A DNA stretch of 64,000 nt from contig CAXHJY010000590.1 of the NCBI GenBank assembly GCA_964016885.1, forward strand, positions 42,137-106,136, read 5' to 3'. The notes beneath the pieces are model-generated. The model ran no database searches, was not told the origin of the DNA, and saw only the letters and a program-made list of their open reading frames with translations. Shown in pieces: positions 38,098-54,272 of this stretch. A program made the position numbers and the translations under genes. Each line of letters begins with the position of its first letter. Position 1 is the first letter of the stretch. The DNA is from Eledone cirrhosa. Lineage: Eukaryota.

Positions 38098-38357
38098 CAT
38101 ATATATATACACACACATACATAGATATACATATGCATACATCTATAAATATATATGAATTTGTTTTGCAAGGTTTTTGATATGAAATTGAGTGTCAAAA
38201 CAAATATTGTTATACTTGGGGATGGTCATATTGTTATAATATTGCCAGAAATAATATAAATATATATACATATGCATACATACATAAATATATATATATA
38301 TATATACATACATACATAAATATATATATATATATATATATATACATACATACATAA

Positions 38358-38388
<31 letters not shown>

Positions 38389-38462
38389 TACATACATACA
38401 TAAATATATATATATATATATATACATACATACATAAATATATATATATATATATATATATA

Positions 38463-39188
38463 TCATCATCATCATCATCATCAACGTTTAACGTCCGTGT
38501 TCCACGCTTGCATGGGTTTGGACGGGGGTAGTCCCACTTGAGGCAAGAGTGATTGTCTTGCTCGCATAGGACTGTCTGGCAGGTTTTCTACAGTTGGATG
38601 CCCTTCCTAACACCAACCACATTTACAGTGTGGGTCTGGGAGGTTTTTACCGTGTTGCCTACACGGCCACATTACAGCGTGGACTGTGTGTTTTTTTGTC
38701 GTGACACCTACACGATCTCGTTTGTTTCGGCCTGGATGGCGCGGCACCAACATAACTTTACATGGAACGGGGTGGTGTGGATGGGGTGGGGGTGGTGGCG
38801 GGACGGGGTGTAGTTTGTTAGAGATGCCTACTGGCAAGGCGGGTCTTCTCTGTTACTGAGTACCGCCAAAGGTCACGGTCCAGTGACATTGTCTTGGAGA
38901 GGTGTAAGTGTGTGAGGTCTGAGTTTATCAGCTCATCCCATGTTTTTCTAGGTCTGCCTATTCCGTGGCTACCGTCTATCTTTATTGCCCTGCACTTTGT
39001 AATACAGCTATCGACTTTCATGCGCATCACGTGTCCATACCAACGCAGCCTTCTCTCGAGTAAACAACATCTGATCCCTCTTATTTCTAATTTTTTCCTT
39101 AGTTCGTTTATGCTTTGCCGTTCACGTATATTACTGTTACACATCCAGCGGAGCATGCAAGCTTCGTTCCTCTCTAGTCTGCGTATAT
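38463..39188 (-). mobile_element. 5'-truncated RTE family A copy with a small deletion at the stop codon
   Basis: Near-identical to 25539-26288 in reverse; the segment around the stop codon is missing at ~38835. Confidence 0.92.
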
Positions 39189-39391
39189 ATATATATATAC
39201 ATACATACATAAATATATATACATACATATATATATACATATATACATACATACATAAATATATATATATATACATATATATATATACATATATACATAA
39301 ATATATATATATATATACATACATAAATATATATATATATACATACATAAATATATATATATATATATACATACATACATAAATAAATATA

Positions 39392-39425
<34 letters not shown>

Positions 39426-39966
39426 GTGTGACTTTTTAGTCCAGCCAGCGACTTGAAAACTCTGGTACAAACACTACACTTGTGACAATTATTGACACAT
39501 AGTGCTGGGCCCATGGTACCATGTGACGACAAGTGCAGAGAGATCTCCAGATATAAAGCAATGCCTGTGCCGTGAAGCTTTTATAGTGAGCAAAGGCACT
39601 GCACAAAGCCAGTCCCACTCTCTTAACCAAGATGATATTTACCAAAAAGAAGAACAAGTCAACATCATTGGATACCATCAGGGTTGCAGGTGTTATATCA
39701 GAGTTTTCCTTCTCCTAGAATTCTGCCTTGACAAAGGCTAAGGGGTCATCTCTCCCGGTGATTTTGGATGGCCATTAACTCTTAAGAGCTCCTTTGCCCT
39801 TTGACAGGTTTTGTTTTTAGTCCTGCAGGATGTCCAAAGTCACTCTCCTCACTAAGAAACCTTGGTGGGGTTGCCAGTTTAGTCGCCAACGACCCGACCA
39901 TGAGACAGGTTGTACTGGGATACATGTATATATATATATACACACACACGCATATATATATATGTA

Positions 39967-39997
<31 letters not shown>

Positions 39998-40038
39998 GCA
40001 GGGTGTCCCCCAAAAATGTATACATACTTTGATTACTT

Positions 40039-40077
<39 letters not shown>

Positions 40078-40514
40078 TATATAGATACACGCATACATAC
40101 ACACGTGTATATTCAAGGCAGTGCCCCAGCATGGCCGTGGTCAAAAGACTGAAACTAGTAGGATAAAACACGATACAATCATACACAATATCACAGGTCC
40201 AAACCAAAGAAAAGAGAAATCAACAAATTCTGTGAATGTTGAATGTGTGTGGTGTGTGTGTGTGTGGTGTGTGTGTATGTGGTGTGTGTATGCGTGGTGT
40301 GTGTGTATGTGGTGTGTGTATGCGGTGTGTGTATGTGGTGTGTGTGTATGTGTAATTTACTGCGGTGGTGGAGGGATCGAGGGGCGGGGGGGTATGTTTA
40401 CCTTTGCCTCCATTGCAAATGTATTGGATAAACAAAAGTGACTCATACATAGTAGGGTGTGTGTGTGCATGTACATGTTGACAACTGTATACTTGGTTTA
40501 CAGCATTATGGTGG

Positions 40515-40547
<33 letters not shown>

Positions 40548-41478
40548 GTATTTTCTTGTCCTATATATATATGTGTGTGTGTGTGTGTGCGTGTAGTATT
40601 TTCTTGTTTTATATATATAAAAGAAAATTTCGCTCTACATGGCTGAATACAATAAATGTAATGTGAGTTTTTCGAATATTAATAATAACATTCGATTCGT
40701 TTGCAATTATTATGCAAACAAGCCTCAATTTTATAGCCATGTCAGTAGAATGAACACTTCATTCTTGCTCTTATGTTGGCATGCGAATCGAATGTTATTT
40801 TTCATATTCGAAAAACTCAGATTATATGTGTGTGTGTGTGTGTGTAGTATTTTCTTGTCCTATATATATATACTGTAGAAATATCCAAGGGTAAGAGCAC
40901 TCAGTCCATAAAATGAGTTTAGTATATGTCACTATATATATATTATATATATCATCACCGTTTAGCGTCGATTTTTGTAAATTTGGCTGGGGAATCTTAC
41001 AGCTGCATGTTTTTCCCCAACACCAATCACATTTAAAGTGTTTGTGTGTGTAGTGGTCCTATGGGAGCCCCTACACGGACACACTAGAAGAGGGAGACCG
41101 AGGTTGACATATGTCGATGCCCTCTGGGAGACGTAGGACATGGCGGCGATGATGAAGGACTGAGACCGCTGGAATTTACCCGCCCTAGATAGATAGGTAG
41201 ATAGAGAGATAGGTAGAGAGAGATATATATATATATATGTATATGTACGTGGAGTAAGGGATGGAGAATAAAATAGAGATATGCAGAATGAAATGAGGAG
41301 GAGAGAGAGAAGTGAGAGGGGAAATGTGACAGACGGCAATAGCGAGATAAACACATGCACACACACACACACATATACATACATGCATATACTCACACAC
41401 ATCATATATATAAACCACACAATACACATACATACATTACACACATCAATATACATGTATTATTATTGTTGTTGCCAG

Positions 41479-41705
41479 GGCGGTGAAACGGCAGTAATCG
41501 GTAGAGCGTCGGACACCATGCTTAGTGGCATAGAGTTACGGCCCTTTATGTTCTGAGTTCAAATCCCGCCTAGGTTAGCTTTGCCTTTCATCCTTACAGG
41601 GCGATAAAATAAAGTACCAGTAATGTACTGGAGTCAATTTAATCAACTTTTCCTTTCCCCTAAATTTACTGGTCTTGTGCTTAAATCAGAAACAATTATT
41701 ATTAT
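41479..41705 (+). mobile_element. tRNA-derived SINE (family 2), near full length
   Basis: GGCGGTGAAACGGCAGTAATCGGTAGAGCG head, GAGTTCAAATCCCGCC B box, (ATT)n tail. Further copies at 47148-47338 (-), and partial copies at ~43115-43243 and 49301-49420. Confidence 0.82.
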
Positions 41706-41711
41706 TGTTGT

Positions 41712-42042
41712 TGGACCTCCGTCGGTTCCAATGATGAGTGTTCCAGTTGTTCGATCAATGGAACAGCCTTCTCGTGAAAGTTAACGTGCAAGTAACTGAA
41801 TATTCCACAGACACGTGTACCCTTAATGTAGTTCTGAGGGAGATTCAGCATAACCTTGTGTATGTGTGTGATAATGCTGGACGGCCCTTTTAATTACAGG
41901 CACAACTCTTCTTTTACCAGCTGAGTAGACTGGAGCAACGTGAAATAAAGTGTCTTGCTGAAGGATACAATGCGACACCGGGAATAGAACTCAATCGTAA
42001 GAGTACCAGCTGAACATCCTTACTACTAAGCCTCAGGCCTTC
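41712..42042 (-). mobile_element. tRNA-derived SINE (family 3) sharing the central CCTT(G/C)AGCAAGACACTTTATTTCAC domain with family 1
   Basis: On +: GGAGCAACGTGAAATAAAGTGTCTTGCTGAAGG and GAATAGAACTC. Related heads at 49838-49960 (-) and ~45715-45840 (+). Confidence 0.7.
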
Positions 42043-42076
42043 ACACATATCACTGATATGTACATTACATACACAT

Positions 42077-42114
<38 letters not shown>

Positions 42115-42400
42115 CCACCGATATGTACATTACATATACACCATCGCTCTGTACATTGCATACACAGATCAAATGAACACATATATATATATATATATAC
42201 ATACACCCATCGCTCTGTACATTGTATACACACGCACACACATATCAATACATTATAGTCACGCATCAATACACACATACATTATATCGGCACTCATACA
42301 CAATACATCTTCATACAAACGCACGCACTATATCCACACACACACTACATCTACACACACATAAGTCAGAGTAGCAACAAAGAAAAGCCTCAGTAATGTA

Positions 42401-42435
<35 letters not shown>

Positions 42436-42504
42436 TACTGTGTGTCCACAAAAATGTATACACACTTCGATTATATTTTGGAACACCCTGTATATATATA
42501 TATG

Positions 42505-42574
<70 letters not shown>

Positions 42575-42872
42575 GGAGGGAGTTATAACAATATTTGTAT
42601 CACGAACAGACACACGAGCAGTAAATAAAAAAAGGGGAGAAAGAGAAAAAAAGAGAAAATATATTTTAAAAAAGCAAAAGAAAGAAAAGAAAATATAATA
42701 TAAATAATAATGAAAAAATAAGGAAATAAAAATAATAAATAATTTAGCAAGGTTAATTAACGAGAAATAATTTAACAGTACATCCACCCTACCCTACACA
42801 TTAAACAACAACAAAGACAATAAATGATGACAACGTTGATGATGATGATGGCTGTAAATGTTTTTGTATTAC

Positions 42873-43071
42873 CTGTAATTGCCAGCAATATCTAATAGTA
42901 CTTGTGGTTGTGATCGTCTCCTCGGTTTCTTCGTCGTCCATTGCTTTAGTTCCTGCACCGCCACCACCAGCAACACCACCACCATCATCAGTAGCTGCAG
43001 CAACACCACCACCAGCAACAACACCAGTACCAGCAGCAGTACTACTACTACTGGCTTCACTCTTCATTCGT
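42873..43071 (-). other. Candidate 199-nt host exon (RMKSEASSSS...DDEETEETITTTSTIRYCWQLQ)
   Basis: Minus strand TTTTATTTTATACAG|ACGAATG...TTACAG|GTAATA, with an open frame containing an ATG. The interior is low-complexity. Confidence 0.35.
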
Positions 43072-44459
43072 CTGTATAAAATAAAAGCCAACACGAACAT
43101 TATTATTATTATCAATTAGCTTTGCCTTTCATCCTTACGGGGTCAATAAGATAAAGTACCAGTAATGCATTGGGTCGATTTAATCGACTTTCCCCTCCCC
43201 AAAAATGTCTAGCCATGAACCTAAATCAGAAACCTTTATTATTAATACCATCATGATCATCATCATCACCGCTAAAACATCCTCAGATTATGAAATCTTT
43301 GACTGCTCGTGTCTCTAGATTTATATCTATATATCTATCATTCTATCTCCCTGTGTCTGCCTCTCTATATCTATCACTCCGTGTCTGTCTTTATATCTAT
43401 CTACCCGCTTAACTATCAATCTATCTGTCTAGCTGGTAATGTCTATCTATCTACCACGATCTAGCTATTGAGACTGTCTAAAAGATGTTTTAAAGGTGGT
43501 ATGTACGGGTGGTCGGGGTGGCTGGTGAGTCTTTCAGAAACTGAACTACCTACATAATCATTCAAAACGTCACGTCCAGCTTCTTCTCTATCTCCTCACC
43601 ACCATCACCATCGTTACCACTGACAATATCATCACCAGCACCATCACCAACACCCTCTACACTATATACTTTAATAAACACGACCTCTCATCACCATTTT
43701 ATACAACCAAAGATTTTTTTTTTTTAAATGCGGTTAATACAATGTTTGTGTGTGTCTATTGATACTCTCACTCTCTCCTTCTTTGTATATGCATGTGTAT
43801 ATATATATATATATTTTCTTTGTAGAAATATTCAGATATCTGAGTATATATATGAGCCACGGGTTTAATGTGGGGTAACCGCATTAAACAACAAATTTAA
43901 TATAGAAATGGCTTCTACATTTCTATATTAAATTTGTTATATATATATAACGAAGGAAGTGTGGTAAGGTGGACCATAACGCACAACACAACTATTCCAT
44001 TTTCACACCAGCTTTATTATTAGTTAGTTTGTCAAAGCTCTTTTGTCACACATTCTGTGACCTCCTCAATGGTTATTTGCAGTGCCAGATTTAGGACAAA
44101 TGAGGCCGTGTTAGTTAAGTTATGAGGCCCCAAACATTTGAAATGTCATGATGATGATTTCATATGAATGAAACAGTTCTAGTCCAGTAGAAATCATTTC
44201 CATATATAATAAAGATGCCTATATTCTACCAAGATATTGAGTACCTTCTTTAACTGTGATTACTGGGTACTTTACACCGTGAACTGGGTGATTTTTGTCA
44301 CGTCACCAGCATGACTACCTTGTAGGGTAAACTGAGAGCATGTCTAGTTTTCCATGTTTGTATGCATGGGTTGGACAAGAGAGGTGTATCAGATGTGGAA
44401 GGTGTATGCAGAATGGGAATTGGAGAGGTAGGTCTAAGATGGGGTCCTTAGTTGGTGAA

Positions 44460-45310
44460 GGGTGTAGTGTTAAGACATGCATTAAGAGAAGTAGCAGTGC
44501 TCAATATGTAGAAAAGGAGTAGGCAGAAACTCAATACAATGTACACAATGTAAATCCTGGATACACAAGAGATTTTGTGTGAGAACAGGTAGACTAAAAG
44601 GAAGGTAAGACTTTGTAAAAGATGCACAGAGGTAGTTGAGGAGAAGAGCATCAGTGATATAAACCTTTTCCAATCACTGCACGGATCCATAGCAGTGGTT
44701 GATAGCTTCTGCTATCTGGGTGACCTAATGAACAGCAAAGGAAGATGCTCCGAGAGCATAATAGCTAGAATAAGGATAGGATGGAAGAAGTTTAGAGAGT
44801 TACTCCCACTGTTGACAACAAAAAGTTTCTCCCTGTGTACAAAAGGTCAACTATATGACACCTGTGTGCGAATTGCAGTGCTGCATGGTAGTGCAACATG
44901 GGCTGTGACTGAGGATGACACATGTAGGCTGGAGAGAAATAAAGCAACCATGCTTCATTGGATGTGCTATGTAAATGTGAGAAAAAGGCAGAGGTTGGAT
45001 GAGCTGAGGGAGAAACTGGGTTTAAGAGGAATCCAAAGTGGTGTGCAAGAAAAAAGACTGTGTTGGTATGGATATGTAAGGTATATTGATGATGATCGCT
45101 TGGTGAAGAAGTGCCAGGAAATCCCAGTGGAGGGAAGCTCAGCAGAGGTAGACAAAAAGACCTGGGCAGAGGTGATGAGAGCTGATTTCAAATCGCTGAG
45201 ACTGACAGAAGACATGACGAAGGAACGTGGCAATTGGAAAGATGCTGAAAAAGACCCATCCAACCCATGCAAGCATGAAGGGACAGACATAAAAATGATG
45301 ATGATGATGA
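44460..45310 (+). pseudogene. Degenerate RTE family C 3' portion (PHD remnant, VDSFCYLG to tail)
   Basis: ORF 44695-45408 is homologous to the RTE-A/B C-terminus; (GAT)n tail ~45295-45310. Confidence 0.85.
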
Positions 45311-45312
45311 CT

Positions 45313-45670
45313 GCACTTCTGTACATGGCTCATACTGCCCTCACAAGCCACTCATCTACCCCTAGGTTCTTAACCTCACAAGTCATTCATCAGCCCTTAG
45401 GTTCTTAAGTGGTGCCCACCAGATTATGGAACAGGGGACTTTGTCAAATGTTTCCTACAGGTTAACAAATACCAAGTAAAGGGGTTTACTTTTAACTAGG
45501 TACTTCTGCTAAAGAGAGCATCACAAAGAGAGCATCAGTGGTACTTTTACCTGGCACAAATCCAAACTGCATCTTATCTAAGTTAACTCAATTCCCAATC
45601 AGTTGTACAATGACTCTTTCTGTAACTTTCATGAGCTGGTCCATCAATCTAATGCTTCAGTAGTTTCCTC
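45313..45670 (-). pseudogene. Degenerate RTE RT fragment, inverted, directly after the tail
   Basis: Similar to 2440-2750 (QFGF, KYL, PLYL, EWLVRA region). Confidence 0.7.
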
Positions 45671-48600
45671 TGTGTACTCACAGGATCATCAGACAAGACT
45701 GTCTTGTCTAATGATACTCTAAGTGGTAAGGGTACTGGACTTGCAATCATAATGTCATGGGTTCAATTTCTCAGCTGGGTTGTGTGTTGTGTTCTTAAGT
45801 GAAAATTTCCCGTTGCTCCAGTATACTCTACTGAAAATGAGTACCATCAGCTGTAGATGGGGCTTTAACCCTGCAATGGACTGGAGTCCTGTCCAGGGGA
45901 AGTCGTGTACTCTCAGTCACTTCATGCCATGAAACCGGGACAAGCTCCTGGCTTGAGACAAACTTTAGAGACTAGAATCTGATGATCTGCAGGTATCTTC
46001 TGCTGGGATATCTTGGCACTTTTTCACCTCTTCACCCAACAATCATTATCCTAATGCAGGCGAGACTCTGTGGTTAAGGAGTTTACTTGGCAATGATTTG
46101 GTTACCACCTCAGTTCCATTGAGAGCCACCTTGGGAGGGTCACCATCATCAAATCATGTCTTCTACTATAATAACCTCAGATTGACCAATGTCTTCATCA
46201 TAGTCATTTTACGTGTTTTCTATGCTGGTATGGGTTAGACGAGTTGCCTTTATGAGTGAAGTTTGGTAGATGGTAACTGTGAGTGAATTTTGGAAGATGG
46301 AATATATCTTATTGATTACCAACCTGACTAATCAATAAAGTATGTACCAGACTTGAATAATAAAAACAATACTTGGCTCGATATGATAGACTAAATCCCT
46401 TCACGGTGGTGCCCCAGCATGGTCGCTGTCTAATGACTAAAACTAGTAACAGAATAGTAAAAAATAAAAGAACATGATCTTTGTAAATGTATAGAGCTGT
46501 AAAACCAAGTGAGAACCTATACATGAACACTCGATGTGCTAAAAATAGCAGCCAAATGTCATTCAAATCTCATAGCTTTTGTCTTAAAAGAAATGACGTG
46601 TTGGCAATTGTGGTCCTAGGTTTCCCTGCAGCCAGGAAAAAATGATGAGATAGTCACCACAGGAATGCTTTTTTTTATCATAAGATCTGCATGATCAGAG
46701 CTTAGCCTGGGGCTAAACATCAACACAAACATGTTTGAAGCTGCAGATTTTGTAGAGAGGAGTGAGCGATTGATCGTGATCGTCACGGCTGGAATACATT
46801 TTTGATTGTTAGGTTTGCTCAATCAGAGCTTAGCCTGTGGCTAAACACTACCACCACCACCAACAACAACAACAATAATAACACGAACATAAATCTAAAG
46901 CCGCAGATTTTGGTGGGGAGGAGGTTGAACGGACGATCGATAAAATCCGAGATAAGGACTTAACTATTTAATTTATATCGACATAAGGAGTGTTAAAGGC
47001 AAAGTCGACCTCCATAGGATTATTGCAAACATCACGTTAGCCAACGAGATGGTAGGAAACCAGCCTCTAGGTGATCGCTAAATCTGCTAGAAACACCACA
47101 TATATCTCCCTTGCATCATAACATACTAGATACAGTCTTACAAAAAAATAATTGTTTCTACTTTAGGCACAAGGCCAGCAATTACCCAGTGCATTACTGG
47201 TACTTTATTTTATCGACCCCGTAAGGATGAAAGGCAAAGTCAACCTCGGCGGGATTTGAACTCAGATCGTAAAGGGACGTAACTATGCTGGAAAGCATGG
47301 CGTCCGACCCTCTACCGATACTGCCAATCCACCGCCCTTACAAAAAAATAATAGTAATAAAACAGAGAAAGGATATTAAATAATGAAGTCCTATATTGAC
47401 CACCAACACCCCTCACAGAAATAGGGTTGTATTAACCCGTGGCAGGATGAGGGTCCTTATGCCTATCAGGTCCCTCTGGTATTTCTGTCTATCTTTCATC
47501 TGACGGGCCCTTCAGTTTCGTCAGACTTATGAATAAATAATATGCTAAGTTATGGGTGAAATGAAAAATGTGTTTGACCACGACTAACCGGAAGGGGATT
47601 TAACCAGAAGTTACAGGCATTGAACCGCCTTCAAATTCTTAAGTTTGTATGGATAAATAAATGAACGAGTAAAAGCGCCTTAAACGTTTTTTTTTCCCAT
47701 TTTGATGGCTCTCTGTTGCTATATAACGGCTTTATTCTTAATTAATTAATCAATTAAATCAACATGAGCTTATAACAAGCAACAGAATATGTAGGAGGGG
47801 GGAAGGGGCTTACCTGGTCGTTTGACATGATATAAATTACAGCCAAACTGCCGAGCCTCCCTCAAAATAACGCCTTCATAATCTTTATTTTAAAAACAAA
47901 ACAACGAAAGGATACATAAGATTATGTAGTCCTTTGGGGCAGAGTTGTTAGAGAACCAGACATGGTGCCGGATCTAGGACAAATCAGGCCCTGTGCTGTG
48001 CTAGTTAAGTTAGGAGGCCTCAAACATTTGAAAAATTCATCGTAAAACAAAAACAATAATTTTGGGGTATTTAGATAAGGCTCTTTATACACTCAGGTCT
48101 GAGTTTAAATCCTGCCGAGGTCAACTTTGCCTTTCTTTCATGTTATATCGATCGATAAAAACATCAACAAAGAAAAAAAAAAACACTAAAAAATCCCAGC
48201 CTATTAAGTATCGATTTAATTCATTATCAACCCTCAGACCCTTAAAAACAAGAGATTACTGGTTTTGTTGCCTAAATTGTTATGCAGTGGTCATAGTTGG
48301 AACGTCTTCGATTATAGCCCTCCGCCGTCGTCGTCTGCTCAATGAGAGTAGAAATTGAGAACAACAACAGATAGCTAAATATATATCAAGCTAATTATAG
48401 AAAGTGAATATAAGATCGGACAGGATACTGATCGGAGTTGTTTACAATAATACAACGTGAATGCCCTACAATCACCACTAGTGTTGTATATATACTAGGT
48501 GTCCCAAAAACATGTATACACACTTCGAATAGAATGCTATGGAAATGTGTATACATTTTTGGGGACAGTGTGTGTGTGTGTGTGTACATTATATATATAT

Positions 48601-48803
48601 ATATATATATATATGTTTGTGTGTGTAATATATATTTCAAGGGTACCAAAACTTTGGTACGCTTTCATCAGATAAAATACGAAGTGTGTTTTATAAATTT
48701 TAACATAACCAAGGAAAATACATTAACGGTTCAAGTTTTCCTTGGAATATATATAATAGAATAAATATAGTTTTATAAATATAGTTTCCATTTATTTAAT
48801 ATC

Positions 48804-48860
<57 letters not shown>

Positions 48861-48865
<5 letters not shown>

Positions 48866-48964
48866 AACAAGTAAGACCCCGACGGCTGAGCCCAAACCGT
48901 TTCGACGGCTAATTCTGGACGAATTGAGCTTGAGCTCAGCCGTCGGGGTCTTACTTGTTCCTAT
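48861..48964. repeat. 31-bp perfect inverted repeat with 42-bp spacer
   Basis: ATAGGAACAAGTAAGACCCCGACGGCTGAGC / GCTCAGCCGTCGGGGTCTTACTTGTTCCTAT. Confidence 0.88.
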
Positions 48965-49041
48965 TACCCACTCTACTACCCTAAGTATTTAGTACTTTGG
49001 TGCGTTATGGTCCACCTGGTTCCTTACCACATTTCCTTCGT

Positions 49042-49073
<32 letters not shown>

Positions 49074-49544
49074 GCAGTCAGTTCGTTGAAACTTAGACGT
49101 CATTGCTGCCAACTTTTTCTTGCAGAAAACAAATTAATCTTACTCTGCTCATCTCACACGTATTGAGTCCTTATCCAGTTAATGTTTAAACTCTCCCTGT
49201 ACACTTACTAGTATTTGAAACACCAACTTCAGTGAGTGGCTGTGTGTGTGTTTTAATGCAGAAATGGCTTCAACAGGACTAGAATTGTTTCATTATTTTT
49301 ATGAGTTCAAATCCCGCCGAGGTTGACTTTGCCTTTCATCCTTACGGGGTCGATAAAATAAAGTACCAGTAATGCACTGGGAAATTGGTGGCCTTGTGCC
49401 AAAAGTAGAAACAATTATTTCGATATTAAATTTGATGTTGACACTCTACTAATGTATTGAAAACCTTACTTATTGTGGTTACCACCGATTGAACCCGGGA
49501 CTCGCATATATATATATATATGTGTGTGTGTGTTTATGTATATG

Positions 49545-49577
<33 letters not shown>

Positions 49578-49588
49578 TTATAAATATG

Positions 49589-49621
<33 letters not shown>

Positions 49622-49644
49622 GTGTGTGTTTATGCATATGTGTG

Positions 49645-49675
<31 letters not shown>

Positions 49676-49962
49676 TTACCCATGCAAGCGTGGAAGATGG
49701 ACGTTAAACGATGATTATAATATATATAATATATAAAAAAAGGAACGACCGACTTTCGTCAAATCGGACCGAGGGAACAATGTTTCCGTTGGTCTTTCCA
49801 ATTGCTAATACTATCTATCGGTCGCAACTCCAGGTAGAAGGAGCAACGTGAAATAAAGCGTCTTGCTCAAGGACATAACGCATCGCCTGGTCCAGGAATC
49901 GAACTCACAACCTTACGATTGCGAATCCAATTCTCTAACCACTCAGCCACACGCCTTCACCT

Positions 49963-50380
49963 TATATATATATATATATATAATATATATATATATATAA
50001 TATATATATATAATATATATATATAATATATATATATATATAATATATATATATAATATATATAATATATATATATAATATATATATATCATATATATAA
50101 TATATATATAATATATATAATATATATATAATATATATATAATATATATAATATATTTAATATATTATATATATATATATAATATATTTAATATATATAT
50201 ATATATAATATATATATATAATATAATATATAATATATATATAATATAATATATAATATATATATAATATATAATATATATATAATATAATATATAATAT
50301 ATATATATATAATATAATATATATATATATAATATATATATATATAATATAATATATATATATATAATATATATATATAT

Positions 50381-50411
<31 letters not shown>

Positions 50412-50534
50412 ATATATATAATATATAATATATATATAATATATATAATATATATATAATATATAATATATATATATATAATATATATATATATATATAA
50501 TATAATATATATATATATATATAATATATAATAT

Positions 50535-50568
<34 letters not shown>

Positions 50569-51261
50569 ATATAATATATATATATAATATATATATATAA
50601 TATATATATAATATATATATATATAATATATATAATATATATATATATAATATATATATATATAATATATATATATATATAATATATATATATATAATAT
50701 ATATAATATATATAATATATATATATATATATATAATATATATAAATATATATATATATATAATAATTATATATATATATAATATATATAATATATATAA
50801 TATATATAATATATATATAATATATATAATATATATATAATATATATAATATATATATAATATATATAATATAATTATATAATATATATATAATATATAT
50901 ATAATATATATATAATATATATATAATATATATATATATAATATATATAATATATATATATATAATATATATATAATATATTATATATAATATATATAAT
51001 ATATATATATATAATAGTATATAATATATATATATATAATATATATATAATATATATATATAATATATATATAATATATATATAATATATATATAAATAT
51101 ATATATATAATATATAAATATAATATATATATATAATATATATATATATAATATATATATATATAATATATATATATATAATATATAATATATATATAAT
51201 ATATAATATATATATATATAATATATATATATATAATATATATATAATATATATATAATAT

Positions 51262-51316
<55 letters not shown>

Positions 51317-51343
51317 TATATATAATATATATATAATATATAT

Positions 51344-51391
<48 letters not shown>

Positions 51392-51420
51392 TATATATAT
51401 ATAATATATATATATATAAT

Positions 51421-51451
<31 letters not shown>

Positions 51452-51467
51452 ATATATATATATATAT

Positions 51468-51498
<31 letters not shown>

Positions 51499-52429
51499 AT
51501 ATATATATATATATATAATATATATATATATATAATATATATATATATATAATATATATTTAATATATATAACTTTGAATAACTTTGAAATGTTTTGGCC
51601 AGTATTGGCCCAGGCCATGTCTAACTTAATAGCACCACCTGGCGAAGTCTTTCAATTCAGGATTTGGGCACCATGGCCCATTCGAGAAGAGAATTACTGT
51701 TTGCGGAGACATATCCGGGTGTGGCTGGTTTGTCCGGGATTACTTGGAGGAATTTGTCCAAAGACTTCTTGAATTTTGTGTGGTCAGTTTCTGTTTTGAC
51801 GTGTCCTGGTGTGATGTTGAAGAGAGCAGGGCCGATTGAGGTGAAATAATTGTGCCGTATTGTTGTTATGAGTTGCGATTTAGATTTTTGAATGGGACGG
51901 ATAGCACGGGGCCCAAGCCTTGGGTGTATATTGAAGGCGATGCCAACATCATTTGGGCAGTGATGATGGAACATTTTCCACATCATGCAGATAATATAAC
52001 GCTCACGGCGACGTTGGAGTGAGTAAAGTTTCAGGTTTTCTAATCGACCCCAGTAGTCAAGGTCTGACATGCCATCTATCTTTTTCGTGATTGCCCTTTG
52101 AGGAGCTTCAAGTTTCATATATATAATATATATATATATAATATATATATATATAATATATAAATACATATAATATATATATAATATATATAATATATAT
52201 ATATATAATATATATATACATATAATATATATATACATATAATATATATATACATATAATATATATATAATATATAATATATATATAATATATATATATA
52301 ATTATATATATATATAAATATATATATAATATATATATATATAATATATATATATAATATATATATATATAATATATATATATAAAATATATATATATAT
52401 AATATATATATATATTATATAATATATAT

Positions 52430-52487
<58 letters not shown>

Positions 52488-52732
52488 TATAATATATATA
52501 TAATATATATATAATATATTATATATATATATATATATAATATATTATATATATATATATATAATAATATAATATATATATATAATATATATATATATAA
52601 TATATATATATATAATATATATATAATATATATATATATAATATATATATATATAATATATATATATATAATATATATATATATAATATATATATATATA
52701 ATATATATATATATAATATATATATATAATAT

Positions 52733-52777
<45 letters not shown>

Positions 52778-53890
52778 TATAATATATTATATATAATATA
52801 TATATAATATATATATATATAATATATATAATATAATATATATATATAATATATATATATAATATATATATATAATATATATATATAATATATATATATA
52901 ATATATATATATATAATATATATATATAATATATAATATATATATATAATATATATATATAATATATATATATAATATATATATATAATATATATATAAT
53001 ATTATATATATAATATATATATATATATATAATATATATATATATAATATATATATATATTATATATATATATAATATATATATATATTATATATATATA
53101 TAATATATATATATATATAATATATATATATATATAATATATATATATATTATATATATAATATATATATATATATAATATATATATATATTATATATAT
53201 ATATATATTATATATATATATATAATATATATATATATTATTATATATATATATTATATATATATATATATTATATATATATATATAATATATATATATA
53301 TATAATATATATATATTATATATATATAATATATATATATAATATATATATAATATATATATATATAATATATATATAATATATATGTATATATATATAT
53401 ATAATATATATATGTATATATATATAATAATATATATATGTATATATATATATATATATAATATATAATATATATATATAATATATATAATATATATATA
53501 TATATTATATATATATATAAATATATATATATATAATATATAGTATATATATATATATATAATATAATATATATATATATATATATATATAATATCATAT
53601 ATATAATATAATATATATATATATAATATATATATGTAATATATATGTATATATATATATATAATATATATATGTATATATATATATAATATATATGTAT
53701 AGATATATATAATATATATTGTATATATATATATAATATATATATGTATAGATATATATAATATATATATGTATAGATATATATAATATATATATTATAT
53801 ATATATAATATATATATATATTATATATATATAATATATATATATATTATATATATATAATAAATATATATATATAATATAATATATATT

Positions 53891-53948
<58 letters not shown>

Positions 53949-53949
53949 A

Positions 53950-54001
<52 letters not shown>

Positions 54002-54040
54002 AATATATATATATATATATAATATATATATATATATATT

Positions 54041-54072
<32 letters not shown>

Positions 54073-54190
54073 ATATATATATATATTATATATATATAAT
54101 ATATATATATTATATATATATAATAAATATATATAATATATATATATATATATTATATATATATAATATATATATATATATATAATATAT

Positions 54191-54272
<82 letters not shown>

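Noticed and set aside
39425-39490. C2H2-like motif [17 protein letters not shown] as a host zinc-finger exon
   Set aside because: Isolated, truncated by microsatellite, and resembles LINE C-terminal zinc fingers; likely a decayed retroelement fragment.
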